A stretch of 62,296 bases of DNA, filler included, from Catajapyx aquilonaris (taxonomy: Eukaryota): assembly GCA_000934665.2 (NCBI GenBank). It is 3 parts of 3 records of this genome, joined end to end, with 100 filler letters (N's around TTAATTAATTAA, not from the genome) between each part and the next. Parts side by side here need not be neighbours in the genome. Positions count along the whole stretch, not along the records: positions 1 to 20,705 come from JYFJ02006211.1; 2 more parts are not named here. One strand, 5' to 3'. A program made the translations under genes and the position numbers. Below the pieces are notes generated by a model that was given only the letters and a program-made list of their open reading frames with translations, had not been told where the DNA came from and did not search any database. Positions 1 through 12,332 of this stretch are shown here, piece by piece. The first letter of the stretch is position 1. Each line of letters begins with the position of its first letter.

Positions 1-544
1 GTAAGGGTTTTTGAGTTATGCTTCGTCAAAAAAGCGGGACATTTCATTGTTGTTTTCGGTCGTTTGGTCTTACTATAGGGACTATCGTCCCTACAATGAA
101 CTACCTACGTATATGCCAAGGTAGCCTCGATAAGAACGTTCCTTATCGCCATAGCAATGATAAACTTATTTTTTAATTACTCACTGCAAGATGTTCGTTA
201 GAGAATTAGCATTATTTCTGTGTGCAGCAAACAATAAAAATTATTTCCCTAGCTTACAATTTATTGCCTTGTATGGGATCAAAACTTTTCAAGTTCAAGA
301 GTAATATGCAGTGTTCGCTATTTGTCAATAACTAACAAGTAGTACTAGCCCGCGTATTATTATCGTGATCCTAAACAAACCCTGCAAAAATATAGCTTAA
401 AATTTTTATGAACTCCCAGTTGGCAGTCTACAGAAATGAGACTTGCAATGAAGCATATAATGAATCCTCTTACTGTTAGAGCATATTAACTACACGTACA
501 ACTGAAAAATAGTCGTATGTGTTAAGTCAACGGATTTCATGCTC

Positions 545-1549
545 TCACCTGGCCTGCATGGCGTGAGTCCACCTCAAGTGATCCATGATGAATAGGTGCA
601 CCTGTACATGATTTTTGAGAAGGGCCAGAGAGGCGGGTGTGGCTCCATCCTTGTCCTTGGCCTGGGGGTCACTCTTTCCCTCCAACAAGAGGAGACTGGC
701 CACATCCAGATGGCCGGACATGCAGGCCAAGTGCAGTGGGGTGTGGCCAGTGTGGATGGTTCGGATGTCCGAGGAGGCCCCTCTGTCCAGGAGTAGTCTG
801 CACGTCTGGAGAAGACCACTCCTGGCAGACCAGTGGAGGGCTGTCCTTCCCTCCAAGTCTATCGCGTCCACTTCTTCCTGTCCAATCAAGGCCAGAAGGG
901 TCCGACAGATGCCGACCTTCTTGGCCCGACACGCCACCATCAGGGGGATCTCCCCATGTCCGTTCCTTTTGTTCACCTCTTGTTCACCTCTTTCTCCCAA
1001 CAACCTCCGGACTTCCTCTTCCCTTCCCATGGCCGCCATGACGTGAACGTCATCTTGCATGCCCAGCAGGAACCTCACCATCTCCTTCCTGCCCTTCAGG
1101 ACTGCCACCCTCTGAGGGGTCATCTTCTCTTCATTCTTGTCTCCAGGATCTGCCCCCCACTCCAGGAGAAGCCTCCCCACTTGGACGTTCCCAGCCTCCG
1201 CCGCTGTGTGCAGAGGGGTGTCCCCCACCTTGGTCTTGGCCATTGGGTGTGCCCCTTCCTCCAGCAGAAGGCGGCAGACCTGCAGGTGGTTGAACTCTGA
1301 TGCCTCGTGCAGGGCAGTCTTGTCCTGGTGAGTGGAGGCCAGGTTGACCCTTGCCCCCCTCTTGACCAGTTCCTCGCACACTGGAATCCAACCACGTCTG
1401 GAGGCCACCATCAGTGGGGTCACTCCATTCCTGCTTCTGCAGTCCACGTCCGCTCCTCTGTCCAGCAACAACTGGACCAACGTCAGAGACCCATTCTCCG
1501 CCGCGATATGCAAGTCCACAAGGCTGGTGTCTTCTTCTGCCGCCGCCAT
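545..1549 (-). CDS. Ankyrin-repeat protein, ~334 aa, single coding exon
   Basis: Repeated ankyrin motifs (LHIAAENG, TPLMVASRRG, TALHEASEFN, TPLHTAAEAG, TALHWSARSG, TPLHLACMSG). First in-frame ATG at 1549; stop TGA at 545-547. Confidence 0.9.
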   Translation of the reverse strand: MAAAEEDTSLVDLHIAAENGSLTLVQLLLDRGADVDCRSRNGVTPLMVASRRGWIPVCEELVKRGARVNLASTHQDKTALHEASEFNHLQVCRLLLEEGAHPMAKTKVGDTPLHTAAEAGNVQVGRLLLEWGADPGDKNEEKMTPQRVAVLKGRKEMVRFLLGMQDDVHVMAAMGREEEVRRLLGERGEQEVNKRNGHGEIPLMVACRAKKVGICRTLLALIGQEEVDAIDLEGRTALHWSARSGLLQTCRLLLDRGASSDIRTIHTGHTPLHLACMSGHLDVASLLLLEGKSDPQAKDKDGATPASLALLKNHVQVHLFIMDHLRWTHAMQAR

Positions 1550-3383
1550 GATTATATTCTCCACAAAAGTGCAGTGATCAACTAATGTTACAACGTCAAG
1601 CAAACGTCAATATGACGGAATGGTCGGGAAAGTGGTTGTTCCCAGCAGCCATTTCCCAGCAGTCCATCAGACAAAGAGATATTCTGATACCAACCCGAAT
1701 AAACCCCCAATCTGACAAGTCAGGCGAGAAAGAGTGAAGCGCGCTAAGGTGATAACATATCTCACTTCTCCTAGCAACCCAACAGGCTTCGACACCCAGG
1801 CCATCAGGTGATGGTTTCAAGGGTCGTTTTTGTCATCAGATTACGACCCTTTCTCGCAATCAGCCCTTAAATACCATACTCCATCCATTCCTAGTACAGT
1901 ATTTTTGGGAGTATTCATGCAGATTTTTGGACGTTTTTGATTTACATCAGAGAACTGGCATGTACCGTATGCCGAAAGTTTTACGTTAATCCTAACCTGT
2001 ATTATTTTCCGCAATATTTGAAATCCCCCGCCGAGAACAAATAGTAATTCCGTCGTTGCCAAAGTGTCAGGATGTGATCCCGATGTCGATTCATTTGCGA
2101 ACACCGGAGGTCATGTTTCCTTCTGCCGTATTTTTCTCTCTTTCCATCCACAGCGTTTTGCAGTTTCGCTTCGTATTCGTTATTTTGTAGGTAAGCCCAA
2201 CTGTGGCGAATCTTATCACTTCTCCTAGCAACCCATCAGATTGAGACACATGCGGCTGAAACACCGGCATGGTCAGGTGATGGATTCCAAGGTTCGGATT
2301 AGAAGTGCCTGCCGGATAAGGGCAGATGATGTACTTTTCATCAGATAACGATCCTGTTCATTACGTTTCCCTGATCTTTGCAATGCCAGGTCACGGGCCA
2401 GGTGCATCCTTCTTATTTTTAACATACCGCCGATACTTATTTTAAAGAGCAACTTTATTTTACAGGTTAATAAACAATATCTGCTAAGTACAGTGGATTG
2501 TTAAGAATGTTAACATTAACCCGGAAGTAGCATCAGTTTTCCCTTTGCAACATCTGAAATAATAATCATATGCTTCATTATGAATTTAATGCTTAATCCA
2601 CAGTACAAATGAAGCCCTGAAAAATTCAGAGAGGTCAGAGGTCAAAATGCAGAGTTGCATTTGGCTGATTTCGAGATAAGAGGATTTGAAGATTTAAAAA
2701 AGACAATGTACATTGTACAGTAATCCTCGTTGACAGCCCTCAGCGATAATCCGGAACCCACACCCGGCCAAATTGTCACGGTTAGGACCAGGAATGCATC
2801 AGGGTTAGTATAGAGGAGTATGGCTGCAAGAGAATCTCCGAGGTGGCCAGTTAGCCAGCGACTTATTGGATGATATAATTATGTCTGGGGAAGACCCATA
2901 TCATAATAAGTTCATAACATCACATTCAGATGGCAAAAAATAAATACTGTCTAAATATATGAATCAAGGGTCTCCGATGCATAGACTTGTGACCATGCTT
3001 GTGACGCTTCAATCATATCGACAATATGCATGCGCGATGATATGGCTTCTCTCCTATGCACGTGACGCTTCATGAAAAATCGCGGGAGAAATGCTTTTAA
3101 AATGTGCACCGTTTCAGCTGGTTCTGAACCATGCCTTCAGCTGTGCCTGAACATTGTCCAGGAGTGGAGAGCACTTCAGCAGGATCAGCTTCAGCATGTT
3201 CAGGCTACCGAATACCTATACATTAATAATGTATAAAGGTACATGTATTATAATAAATGTCAATCTCGCACTTATTCCAAACGTGCATGAGAATCGAGGG
3301 AATATAATTATGTGGGTATGTAAAAGTTGTTTCATGTTCAAGACAATTCTATGCATTATCTCAAAAGAATGTCTATAAACCAA

Positions 3384-6066
3384 TTACATTTTAGTATGAT
3401 CGCGCTCATACGAGTAGTGTCCTTTGGGATTGTCAGTACACATCATGCTGTCGCTGGCGTAACTGGTGCTGGTTGACATTTGAATGGCCGTGTCCGACAG
3501 CTTTCCAGTTCGGTCAGTCTCATTTCGTGCCCGTTTTAGTGCCCATCCGAGGCACCAGCTGTTCCTGGACAAGAAGAGCTCCTTGAAGGTGCGCCTAAAC
3601 TCCCTGCTCATGGCGCAGTACAGGAGGAAGTTGACCGCACTGTTGAGCAGGATCATTGTCTCCAGCAGCCTCTGCATGTAGGTGTAGCACAGGGCGAAGG
3701 ACCGGGAGCGCCAGATGACCACCACCAGCACCAGCACCCCCTGAGGAAACTCGGTCAGCAGGAAGAGGACCAGGACGGACATCACTATCCAGGTGGTGCG
3801 CTCCATCTGGCTCTCGAAGGGAGACCTTTGACCTTTGACCCGCCTCCTCCTTCTCTTGGCCTCCACCAGTGCCCACACCAGCCTCAGGGTCAGGAAGGTC
3901 AAGGCCACGCAGGGAACCAGCTTGACCACCACACCCAGAAGCCAGTAGTTGACCTCCTGGGTATGGCTGATTTCTCCAGCTGACTCGCTTTTCCTGGAGT
4001 TCATGAACACGGCCAGGTAATACCTGCTGTACTCATCCACTCTGTAGATGATGTACGAAGGGATGTGCACCAGTGTCACGCAGATGTACACGCTGACCAC
4101 TGTCCACTTGGCCCTTCTCTGGTTGCACCACCCTTTGCTCCTGTGGGGCCAGCACACCATCAAGTACTGCCACACTGCCAGGGTCACTGTCAGCCAGATG
4201 GACACAGCGTGCATCACCTGAGTAATAATGGTTCTGTATATTACAACTTTATAAAGCAATCGCAACAACCGGTCATTATTGTTGTGTTTTACCTATTGTG
4301 TAACTGCAATTTAGATAACTACTTGTATTATCTGTAATATTAAAATCGTATTCGTGTTGTATGTGTTATGATTGGTCCGCCGCATATTGTTACCGCGACT
4401 CTTTCTGTTGGCCCGTGTTCAGCGCATGCGCAATGGGTGAAGGACCCATTCAGTTGCATGTTGACCGCCGGCGGGTGAAGGTCGGTGTTCGTCTCTCCCG
4501 TCACCTCGACCCTTTCCCCTTCTCCACCCACACCTACTTTCAAACTGCGCACCCTTACGGAGGTGGGAGGGGGAAGGGAGAGGAGTATGACGCTATTGGT
4601 TGTTGGGTGGGCATCATGAACTACCAAATCATCACCGCGTGACGCAGGCCTAGAAAAAATCGAAGCGAGTGGTTTTATAAGCCTGCTCCGTAGAAAAATG
4701 CAAGCGAATGAGGATTTTTTAAGTAAGTTATACATCAAATTGGGTCTGGGCGTCTGTTTGTCCGCGGTGAGTCATCAGTAATGTGCGAAGAGGGAGGGTG
4801 AGCCATCTATGCTAGAGAGCTGGTACTACGTCCACTGTCCCCATCCTATGTGCCATGTTCCGTACCTTATGCAGAGAATAGTGAGCTATCCAAAACTCAG
4901 TTCCGGTGAAGCCATCCGAGAGTCCCTTGAGTCCGTAGAGGAATGGAAAGCGACTCGTGACCTGTATGGCGACGAAAGGCACGTAGGCCAACATGACTGC
5001 CATGTCCGATACGGCCAGTCCCACCAGGATGATGGTCGTAGGGGACACCATCCGTCTCCTGGTGAGGACCAGGACGCAGAGGACGCTCAAGACGCACCCT
5101 AAGACGCAGATGGTCAGAGTGAGCCCAGGGTGGACGTGGGACGTGAAGTACAACATGGACTGCTTGAACTCTCTCGAACAATACGTGTGCTCCACCTCTG
5201 GCATGCTCGTCGTACACCCGGCGTGTTCCGTCATGTAGTACGTCCCGTTTGTGTCACACTCCTTCGTCTCTACTTCCGCCCTGTACACGCCTGTCTCCGT
5301 CATTCCGCTGTTGCCCATGTAGGTTGTATTCTCTACACCTGTTGTACAGGAAGTAATTAGTGTGGTGTCCATTTTGGTGTCAATTTCTACAAAAAAATAG
5401 TATAGAACGGTTCTGTCCGTCCGTCTGTCTGTGGACAGGTATCAGGGCCTAAACCGCAAGAGATATCCACAAACGGTTTTCGGATTCGGCATACCCTAAA
5501 CAGGTTACATGGTCAACTTCCGGTGACATGTCACTTCCGGTTTTCCGGGTTCACTCTATCAGCTACGGTCAAGTCTACAGGTGGGCAACGATTAAGCATA
5601 TGGAAAGCAGAAAACGTTGTGTATCCTTTGTTAATTGTATGTGATTGTTGTTCAGTTGGAATTTCCTTACCAATGATAAAAAAGTATACTCGAATCACTC
5701 TCGTGTGATTTGCCACTCTTGTTCTGTAAGATGTTCATAAAGTAGTACGCGCTATGCTGGTAAAGGGGCATGTGACCATTCTTCTGCATTGGACATACCT
5801 CTGGTGATATAGGTGGAGTTCGTGGTCGTGCCGACATATTCCGTATGCTCCGTGTCGTCCGACTCGTAGTCCACGTAGTATCCCCAAGCTTCATAAATCC
5901 AGTCTTCGTAATAATTTGGGGAGTCGTTGTTATTCTTCCCCGGAGGAGGAGGAGGAGGAACTGGTGGTGGAGGAGGAGGAGGAAGAAAAGGAAGAAAAGG
6001 CGGAAGTGGTGGTGAAGGAGGAGTATGCCGTTGTGTAGGAGTCGCAATAGTGCTTGTTATAGCCAT
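3384..6066 (-). CDS. DmsR/myosuppressin-receptor-like class A GPCR (copy A). Exons 6066-5799 (Pro-rich, less certain), 5386-4866, 4217-3384; minimal model starts at ATG 5372
   Basis: Motifs VLTRRRMVSPT..LAVSD, HAVSIWLTVTLAVWQY, LFLLTEFPQG, LLNSAVNFLLYCAMSREFR. Phase-0 intron at 4218-4865 (AAG|GTACGG..CAG|GTG). A phase-1 intron at 5387-5798 joins the Pro-rich exon in frame. Confidence 0.85.
4330..4815 (+). mobile_element. Non-autonomous repeat (possibly Helitron-like) in the GPCR-A intron; right boundary approximate
   Basis: Begins TATCTGTAATATTAAAATC; the following ~100 bp resembles 19815-19930. It expands this intron to 648 nt versus 59-87 nt in paralogues. Confidence 0.45.
5405..5580 (-). 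mobile_element. Fragment of a DINE-1/Helentron-like interspersed repeat
   Basis: Reverse-complement match to 35302-35473, including a GTCC/GTCT microsatellite core. Confidence 0.6.
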
Positions 6067-6611
6067 CTGCAACGGGAAACATGTAGCCAAGAACATTAAT
6101 TGGTTAATATTAGTATGCATCTCAGAAGAACAAGTCCGGTACACTTCTTGGTCTGCTGTAGCACTATTATTAGAAATAATATTCGAACAGCGTAACAACC
6201 TGTAATAACTACTGTTCATGCGGGTACATAACGTGGACTAGGTAGGCCTACTTACCTCGTACGTTCTCAGCAAGTACTCGGCACTAAACACGCTTCTTAT
6301 CCTTGCACATCTCCCCGACTGCAGTAGTTAGGCCCTATTAGTGAATGTAAGGGATTGGTACCGTACAAGCCACGCAAGAAACTGCGTCAACAAGGGATGG
6401 GCAGACCCAACACTTCCTCATACATCAAGGTGCTTGTCTCCCTCTCTCTGTAGGTCATCAAAGGTGAGACCTCCATCTTGACCATCACGTCCTCACAACT
6501 TCATGTGCAAGAGCTATACTGGTTTTTTCAAGGTCGACTACGTACAGAAAAGTTCTATTAAAAATATAATATTAAAGGCATGCATGATTGATGATGATAA
6601 TGTTTATTAGT

Positions 6612-6612
<1 letters not shown>

Positions 6613-6687
<75 letters not shown>
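6613..6687. repeat. (TTA)n microsatellite
   Basis: About 25 perfect TTA units. Confidence 0.95.
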
Positions 6688-6892
6688 GTAAACTTGCCCA
6701 TGCTCCAAATAATTCACGCACATGTTCGTTCAAATTGACTGACATATACAAACCATTGTTTAAAAGCAGTTGCATAATGGTGTCAGAACAATATTGTCCA
6801 TCGGAGTGTGTAAAGTGACATATCCGACAAGTTGCTTCCAAAAGTACAGAATAATAACTTGGTTACTTTGCATCACCTGCTACCCAACAGTA

Positions 6893-8178
6893 TTATAGGC
6901 TAGCGTTGTGCATATTATCTGAATGGACTAACCTGACTGCTAGAGCGGGTTCTTCGCGATCGTCTTTTGAGTGTCCGGGTGAGTGGTCACCTGAAATGTC
7001 ACTGGGATCACTAGTGGTGGGGCATATTTCTGGTTGTGTCCCGACACTTCCAGCGTCATTTTGTTTATTGGATTCCGTCATTGGGCAGGTGAAGCACTTA
7101 TTGCCACACACTCCTTCTGGAACGAACGTGTCTTTGAAGGTGTTTCTAAAATCCTTGCTCATCGAGCAGTACAGGAGGAAGTTGACAGAGCTGTTCAACA
7201 GAACTATGGTGTCCAGAAGCCTCGAAATGTAAAGGTAGCAGCTGTGGAAGTAGTTGTAGCCCCAGATTGTGACGAGCAGAGTGACTATTCCTCCTGGAAA
7301 CTCGGCGACCAAAAAGACGAAGAGCACAACAACCACCATCCTTGTGGTCCTGTCCATCCGGCTGTCAACCTCGACATTACTGTCCACTGGCCAGTTCCTG
7401 TTACCCATCAGAAACTTCCTGATCTTCTTTGCTTGGAAGAGTGCCCAGACCAGCCTCAGAGTCAGGAGGGTCAGGAGGATGCAGGGGACCAGCTTGACCA
7501 GCACTCCAAGGATGAAGTAGCTGACCAGAATGCTCAAGTCAAGCCCACCGATGGTGACATTAACCATCGACCTCCTCAAGTCCATTTCGTAGTAAGATCC
7601 GCGCGTGCCCACCTCGTAGATGAAGTAGATAGGGATGTGCACCAGTGTCACGCATATGTACACGCTGACCACTGTCCACTTGGCCCTGGTCTGGCTGCAC
7701 CACTCTTTACACCTGCTGGCCCAACACACAACGAGGTATCGCCACACAGCTAGGGTCACGGTCAGCCAGATGGACACGGCGTGCATCACCTGAAAGGGAA
7801 AACTGTAGCAACCGGTCTTTACTTATATCATGAGAACAGCACTAAAACCTTGTTCCAAACGACGTCGATGATCGTGTACGCAGTCACGGAGAAAGATGGG
7901 GATATTCCTTTCAGCCCATACTCTTCCTTGTCACCAGACCATTCCTGCAAGGCGGCGAAAGAGAGATAGACCATCAGCACCAGAAGGTCCGACACGGCCA
8001 GTCCCACCAGGATGGTGCTGGTGGGGGACACCATCCTCTTCTTGGACAGGACGACTATGCAGAGGATGTTGGACACGGAGCCCAATATGCACAAGACAAT
8101 GGCCAGGTGAGGATGGACAAGTCCAGTGAACTTGTTCATAATTAGAATGAAATCACTGCTGCACAAATCGTACCCCAT
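6893..8178 (-). CDS. DmsR-like GPCR (copy B); exons 8178-7849, 7789-6893
   Basis: Same family motifs (HAVSIWLTVTLAVWRY, RTTRMVVVVLFVFLVAEFPGG, NSSVNFLLYC). 59-nt phase-0 intron at the conserved position. The MGYDLC start aligns with MRYEYC of copy D. Confidence 0.88.
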
Positions 8179-8837
8179 ACCGTACTCTTGTTGCCCTGTA
8201 TAGTCCTCAAACGACAATCTTTCACCCAACCCCAGCCTGCAACTAGTGATGAAATGACAAAAAAAAAGTGCGTGTTTTACTTCGTAAGTGTAATTTGCCT
8301 ATCAGGATATCAATATTGTCATAAACCGGATGCTAATCAGGGACAAACAATGGGATGGACATGAAGCCTCGTCATGGCTGTATATAGACTGACAGATTTC
8401 GTAACAAAGGACTCGTCGTATTTTAAAATGCGGAAACAGCACTAATTATTAGAAGTAATAATTAAACCTTCAATTGGCACTCCACTGAGACGGGTTTTAA
8501 GCACAGATGAAGCGACCCCCAATGGCGTCATTTACGTATGACGAATTATCTCGCGAATTATGGTTGGTCTGCGACGAATATTAATATTAATAATCTCAAT
8601 ATTATTCATATTAATGACAGGCATATTTTTACACGAAGCGAAGACTGGGTAAAAATGTACTGCATTTTTTTTAAATCATGCAATAAATTTATGAGGGTAG
8701 GCAAGTTGCGCTGTGTGAAGGACGCGACTCTTACGTGACATGCATTTCGTCACTTGCACAAGGTTGGTCTGGCTGGTGAAGGCGACGGAGCTCAGTGCAC
8801 GTCCAGACGCGTCTCCAGAGGGACTCTTCTTCCTAAA

Positions 8838-10029
8838 ATGGACCTGTGCAGACATGGCTTGACCTATGAGGAGTATTCCTACTGCAGTCCAAGACTCAGG
8901 TCATGGTTGGAAGTGTTTGTGACTGACCACAACCCTTGGATATCACTGGTGCTGTGCGTCTTCGGCTGTGTCTCCAACCTCCTCTGCATCTTGGTGCTGA
9001 CCAGGCGGAGGATGCTGACCTCCACTGGAACCATACTGACCGGACTGGCCATCTCTGACCTCTTGGTCCTGGCCTCCTCCCTGCCACTCTTCGCCATGCA
9101 GCTGAATGAAAGTGACAACTATGCATTGTATGCGGCGTCTAAATCATACTCGCCAGCTGCATACGCGGTTGTCGCTTACATCTTCTTCAAGGTAATGTTC
9201 CCTCATAGTCTCACATAGTCTGAGGAATATTATTTGGCTCTTTTTACCACCTCTGTAGGTCATGCATGTTGTGTCAGCCTGGCTGACCTTGACCCTGGCT
9301 GTTTGGCAGTACATGCTGGTGTTCTGGCCCATTCCGAGCAAACAATGGTGCACCCCGAAGAGGGCCAAAGTGACGGTGGTGGCAGTGTACGTGTGCATAG
9401 TTCTGCTGCATACCCACTTCTATTACGGCTATGAAGTGGACAAGCAGCAAGACTATTACATTCCGGGCATGCGGAACCGGTTCATAGACGAAGAGACGGG
9501 GGGACTGGACTTCACGTATGTGGCTGACCTCTGGGTGACTGGCGTGTTGGCTACCCTGGTCCCTTGCATCGCGGTCACCTTCCTGGCTGGGAGGCTGGTC
9601 TGGACCGCGGTCGAATCGCGGTGGATCAGACGTGATGGTGTCGCACCGGACCAGACTTGGCTGGTGGTGTCCGTCCTGTTAGCATTCCTGGCGACTGGTC
9701 TTCCTGATGGCGTCGCCTCTCTTCTGTTGGCACTCTGGGGGCCCTGCTTCTCATTTGAATGCGCTCATCTGACCAAACTTCTGGAGACGATCGTCCTTCT
9801 GAACTGCGCCGTACACTTTGTGCTGTACTGCGCCACGAGCTTCGAGTTCAGGCAGACCTTGAAGGAACTCTGGAGTGCCAAGAAGGACTGCTTGTCCTGT
9901 CTACGAACCGCGATCGGAACGCGGCACCAGGCCGTGACTTCAGACGCGGCCATTCACATGACAGACAACGCGGTTTATGACAGAGAGCCGCCACAAGTCA
10001 AAGAGAAAAACACCCATCGGACAAAATAA
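8838..10029 (+). CDS. DmsR-like GPCR (copy C, divergent); exons 8838-9191, 9259-10029; ~374 aa
   Basis: Motifs VLTRRRMLTSTGTILTGLAISD, HVVSAWLTLTLAVWQY, LLNCAVHFVLYC. 67-nt GT-AG intron at the same position. Confidence 0.85.
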
Positions 10030-10079
10030 TCATGATTAACCAACTGTTATTGATTATAATTTGTACAGTACATCGAAAG

Positions 10080-10426
10080 CAGGGAGCATATACTGCATAA
10101 GAGGCGCCATTGATTTCCGCGTCTCTCTGTTTGGGGCCGTCGCCAAGGCTGGCGGCCATTTTGAAGTGGGGGCAAAGCCAACGATGTATAAATAGGGTAC
10201 ATGCAAAAATAGGGTCCGCCATCATTGATGGTTTTGGCGGCCATGGCGACTACACGGCAAGAACACGCGCTAATCAAAGATGGCGGACCCTATTTTTGCC
10301 TGTACCCTATTTATACCTCTTTGGCGTTGCCCCCACTTCAAAATGGCCGCCAGCCTTGGCAACGCCCCAAAACAGAGAGACGCGGAAATGGAATGTTTCC
10401 GCCTCTTATGTAGTATATGCTCCCTG
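10080..10426. mobile_element. Foldback/MITE with ~150-bp inverted arms
   Basis: CAGGGAGCATATACTGCATAAGAGGCG... pairs with ...CGCCTCTTATGTAGTATATGCTCCCTG; the arms are near-complementary throughout. Confidence 0.85.
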
Positions 10427-11609
10427 TTGAAAGTGTGTAGATATATTTTAATAAATTTATATTTTTATACTATTTTTGTCGTTATCCTTGTTTTATTATG
10501 TGTAATTTTTACATGGCGAATTTGTATAATAATTATATAGTGTGTGCCGCCATAAAACCGCCAAAATCGCGGGGAATTCAACAAAAAAAATTAATAACAT
10601 AATGTCCAGTTAAATAAATGCAGTATATTGAAGGCCGTCAAATTTTTAGTACGTATCTTTACTATTTTTAGGGTCAGAAACTAATATATAAAATAAGCTA
10701 CGACGCATATAACTTTGCACGACACAATTTGCGTGTACAGTACGGTAGTGTCCAGTTTAATGTTTTGAATTGCGTGTGATGCGATGTGTGACGACACAAA
10801 TGATCATGTACCGGCTCACCTTGACAGGAGTTTTTATCTACTGACTTTGCAACGTGTGGAACAACATTATTTGGCTCTGGAATCATCAAGAATTTCTGCA
10901 ATAATTGAAGGGTATGGGGCAGGGCTGACCCATTTTTCGTTCCTTAACGTCCTGACTAATAATAAATAGACAAACTTGCATTACTTAACAACAATGCGCA
11001 ACAATGCTTCCATTCGGCTTAATATCATCATCCAATATGCAACGTCTATAAGCAAGCTGCTTAATATTACTTCAGTACATTTATGACCTCATCAGATGTG
11101 TTCATGTTCTACCTGATTACCAGCATGATTATATACCAGTAGTAATTTGCAATCACGATGTTTAACGACAAGTAACCAGGCAGCATGTCGGAATATGAGA
11201 AATTAGTGCATAACTTAGCACTAGTTCCGTCGCCAAATTAGTCGTAATGAATTGACAATTGATTCAATACTAATTATTACAAAACGAGGGCTTTATTCTG
11301 TTTAACTTTTCCATTCCTTGTAATTAAACATTTGGGCGTTTTCCAATGATGCGATAATTATACGTCTTATCTGATCCTCACAAAGAGTGTAATAAGTAGG
11401 TAATCGCTCATGAATATGAGCAAGACCAAGTAATGTGATCATGTCTATACACTTTAAAATATTTCCAGTAAGAGTGTTGTCCCCAAAAATATTATAGATG
11501 CAATGAGTCCCCTAATTGCAAAATTGAACATATTCGGACTTTATTTTTGAAAGCTTATAATTGCATCGCTTCTGCTCTCTTCCTTGTTGGCCACTTCCGA
11601 TGGAAATGG

Positions 11610-12332
11610 TCAAGCGCGGAAGATGACCACTAGTCCTGGAACCTCCTCCTGGAACGGAACGATCTCTCCTTCTTGCTGGAGGGCTGTACAATAATGGTTC
11701 ATATTAAATGGATGAAGCATGTACACAGAGTAATAGTGAAGTGTACGTACCCAGGAAGACCTTGAGGATGGCGACATCGTCCAGTGTGTTGAAGAGGCTC
11801 TTCTTCAGGCTCTCCAAGGTGATCTGCTCCGTCTCACCAGTCTCCTGGTCTCTCTCCCATATCTTGTGTATGACCCGCAGCACCATCTCCTTCGCATTTT
11901 GGTCATTCGGAGGAGGAGGAGGAGGTTTCCGGTTGCAGTTGCAAGGCATAGGTGGGGGCCGCCATTGTTGATCGATAGGCCTACATGGTCTGGGCCCTGT
12001 CGGCGCCCTCGACATCGAGAACGTCACTGATGGCAGCGGCAGCGCTATCGGCAGGGGCAGGGGCAGGGGCAGCGACAGCGAGAACATTCTGACCCCCACT
12101 TCAGGTCCTTCTCCTGACTTGTCGTTTGAGGACACGTCGTTATCAGCTAATGAGCTTCCTGTGGAGGTTCAGTCATTTCGTCTTACACAGGACATTCTAA
12201 GCCATTCTTAAGCCATGGCAAAACATAAGAGGAGAGATAAGCATATATTTACATACTGGTCTTCCTTATGAGTTGGGCGCAGTCGTAAGTGGCCAACACC
12301 AGGAGAACAGCGAATGGTATGAGCAGAGACAT
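11610..12332 (-). CDS. Small secreted Pro/Cys-rich protein, copy 1 (185 aa); exons 12332-12257, 12158-11751, 11683-11610
   Basis: Exon 1 encodes signal-peptide-like MSLLIPFAVLLVLATYDCA. Both introns are GT-AG and phase 1, giving an open frame ending ...QEEVPGLVVIFRA*. AATAAA at 11540-11545 (minus strand). The exon structure is conserved in copy 2. Confidence 0.8.

Noticed and set aside
574..1585. Many overlapping alternative-frame and antisense ORFs over the ankyrin gene (likewise over GPCR and Hsp70 exons)
   Set aside because: Shadows of GC-rich coding sequence; no recognisable domains.
6256..6510. Possible further coding exons or signal peptide upstream of the GPCR-A Pro-rich exon
   Set aside because: A donor exists at 6255, but the frames contain stops and no hydrophobic signal; probably 5'UTR.
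6572..6841. Poly-Asn and poly-Leu ORFs (also 31387-31767)
   Set aside because: Translations of (TTA)n microsatellites or SINE tails.
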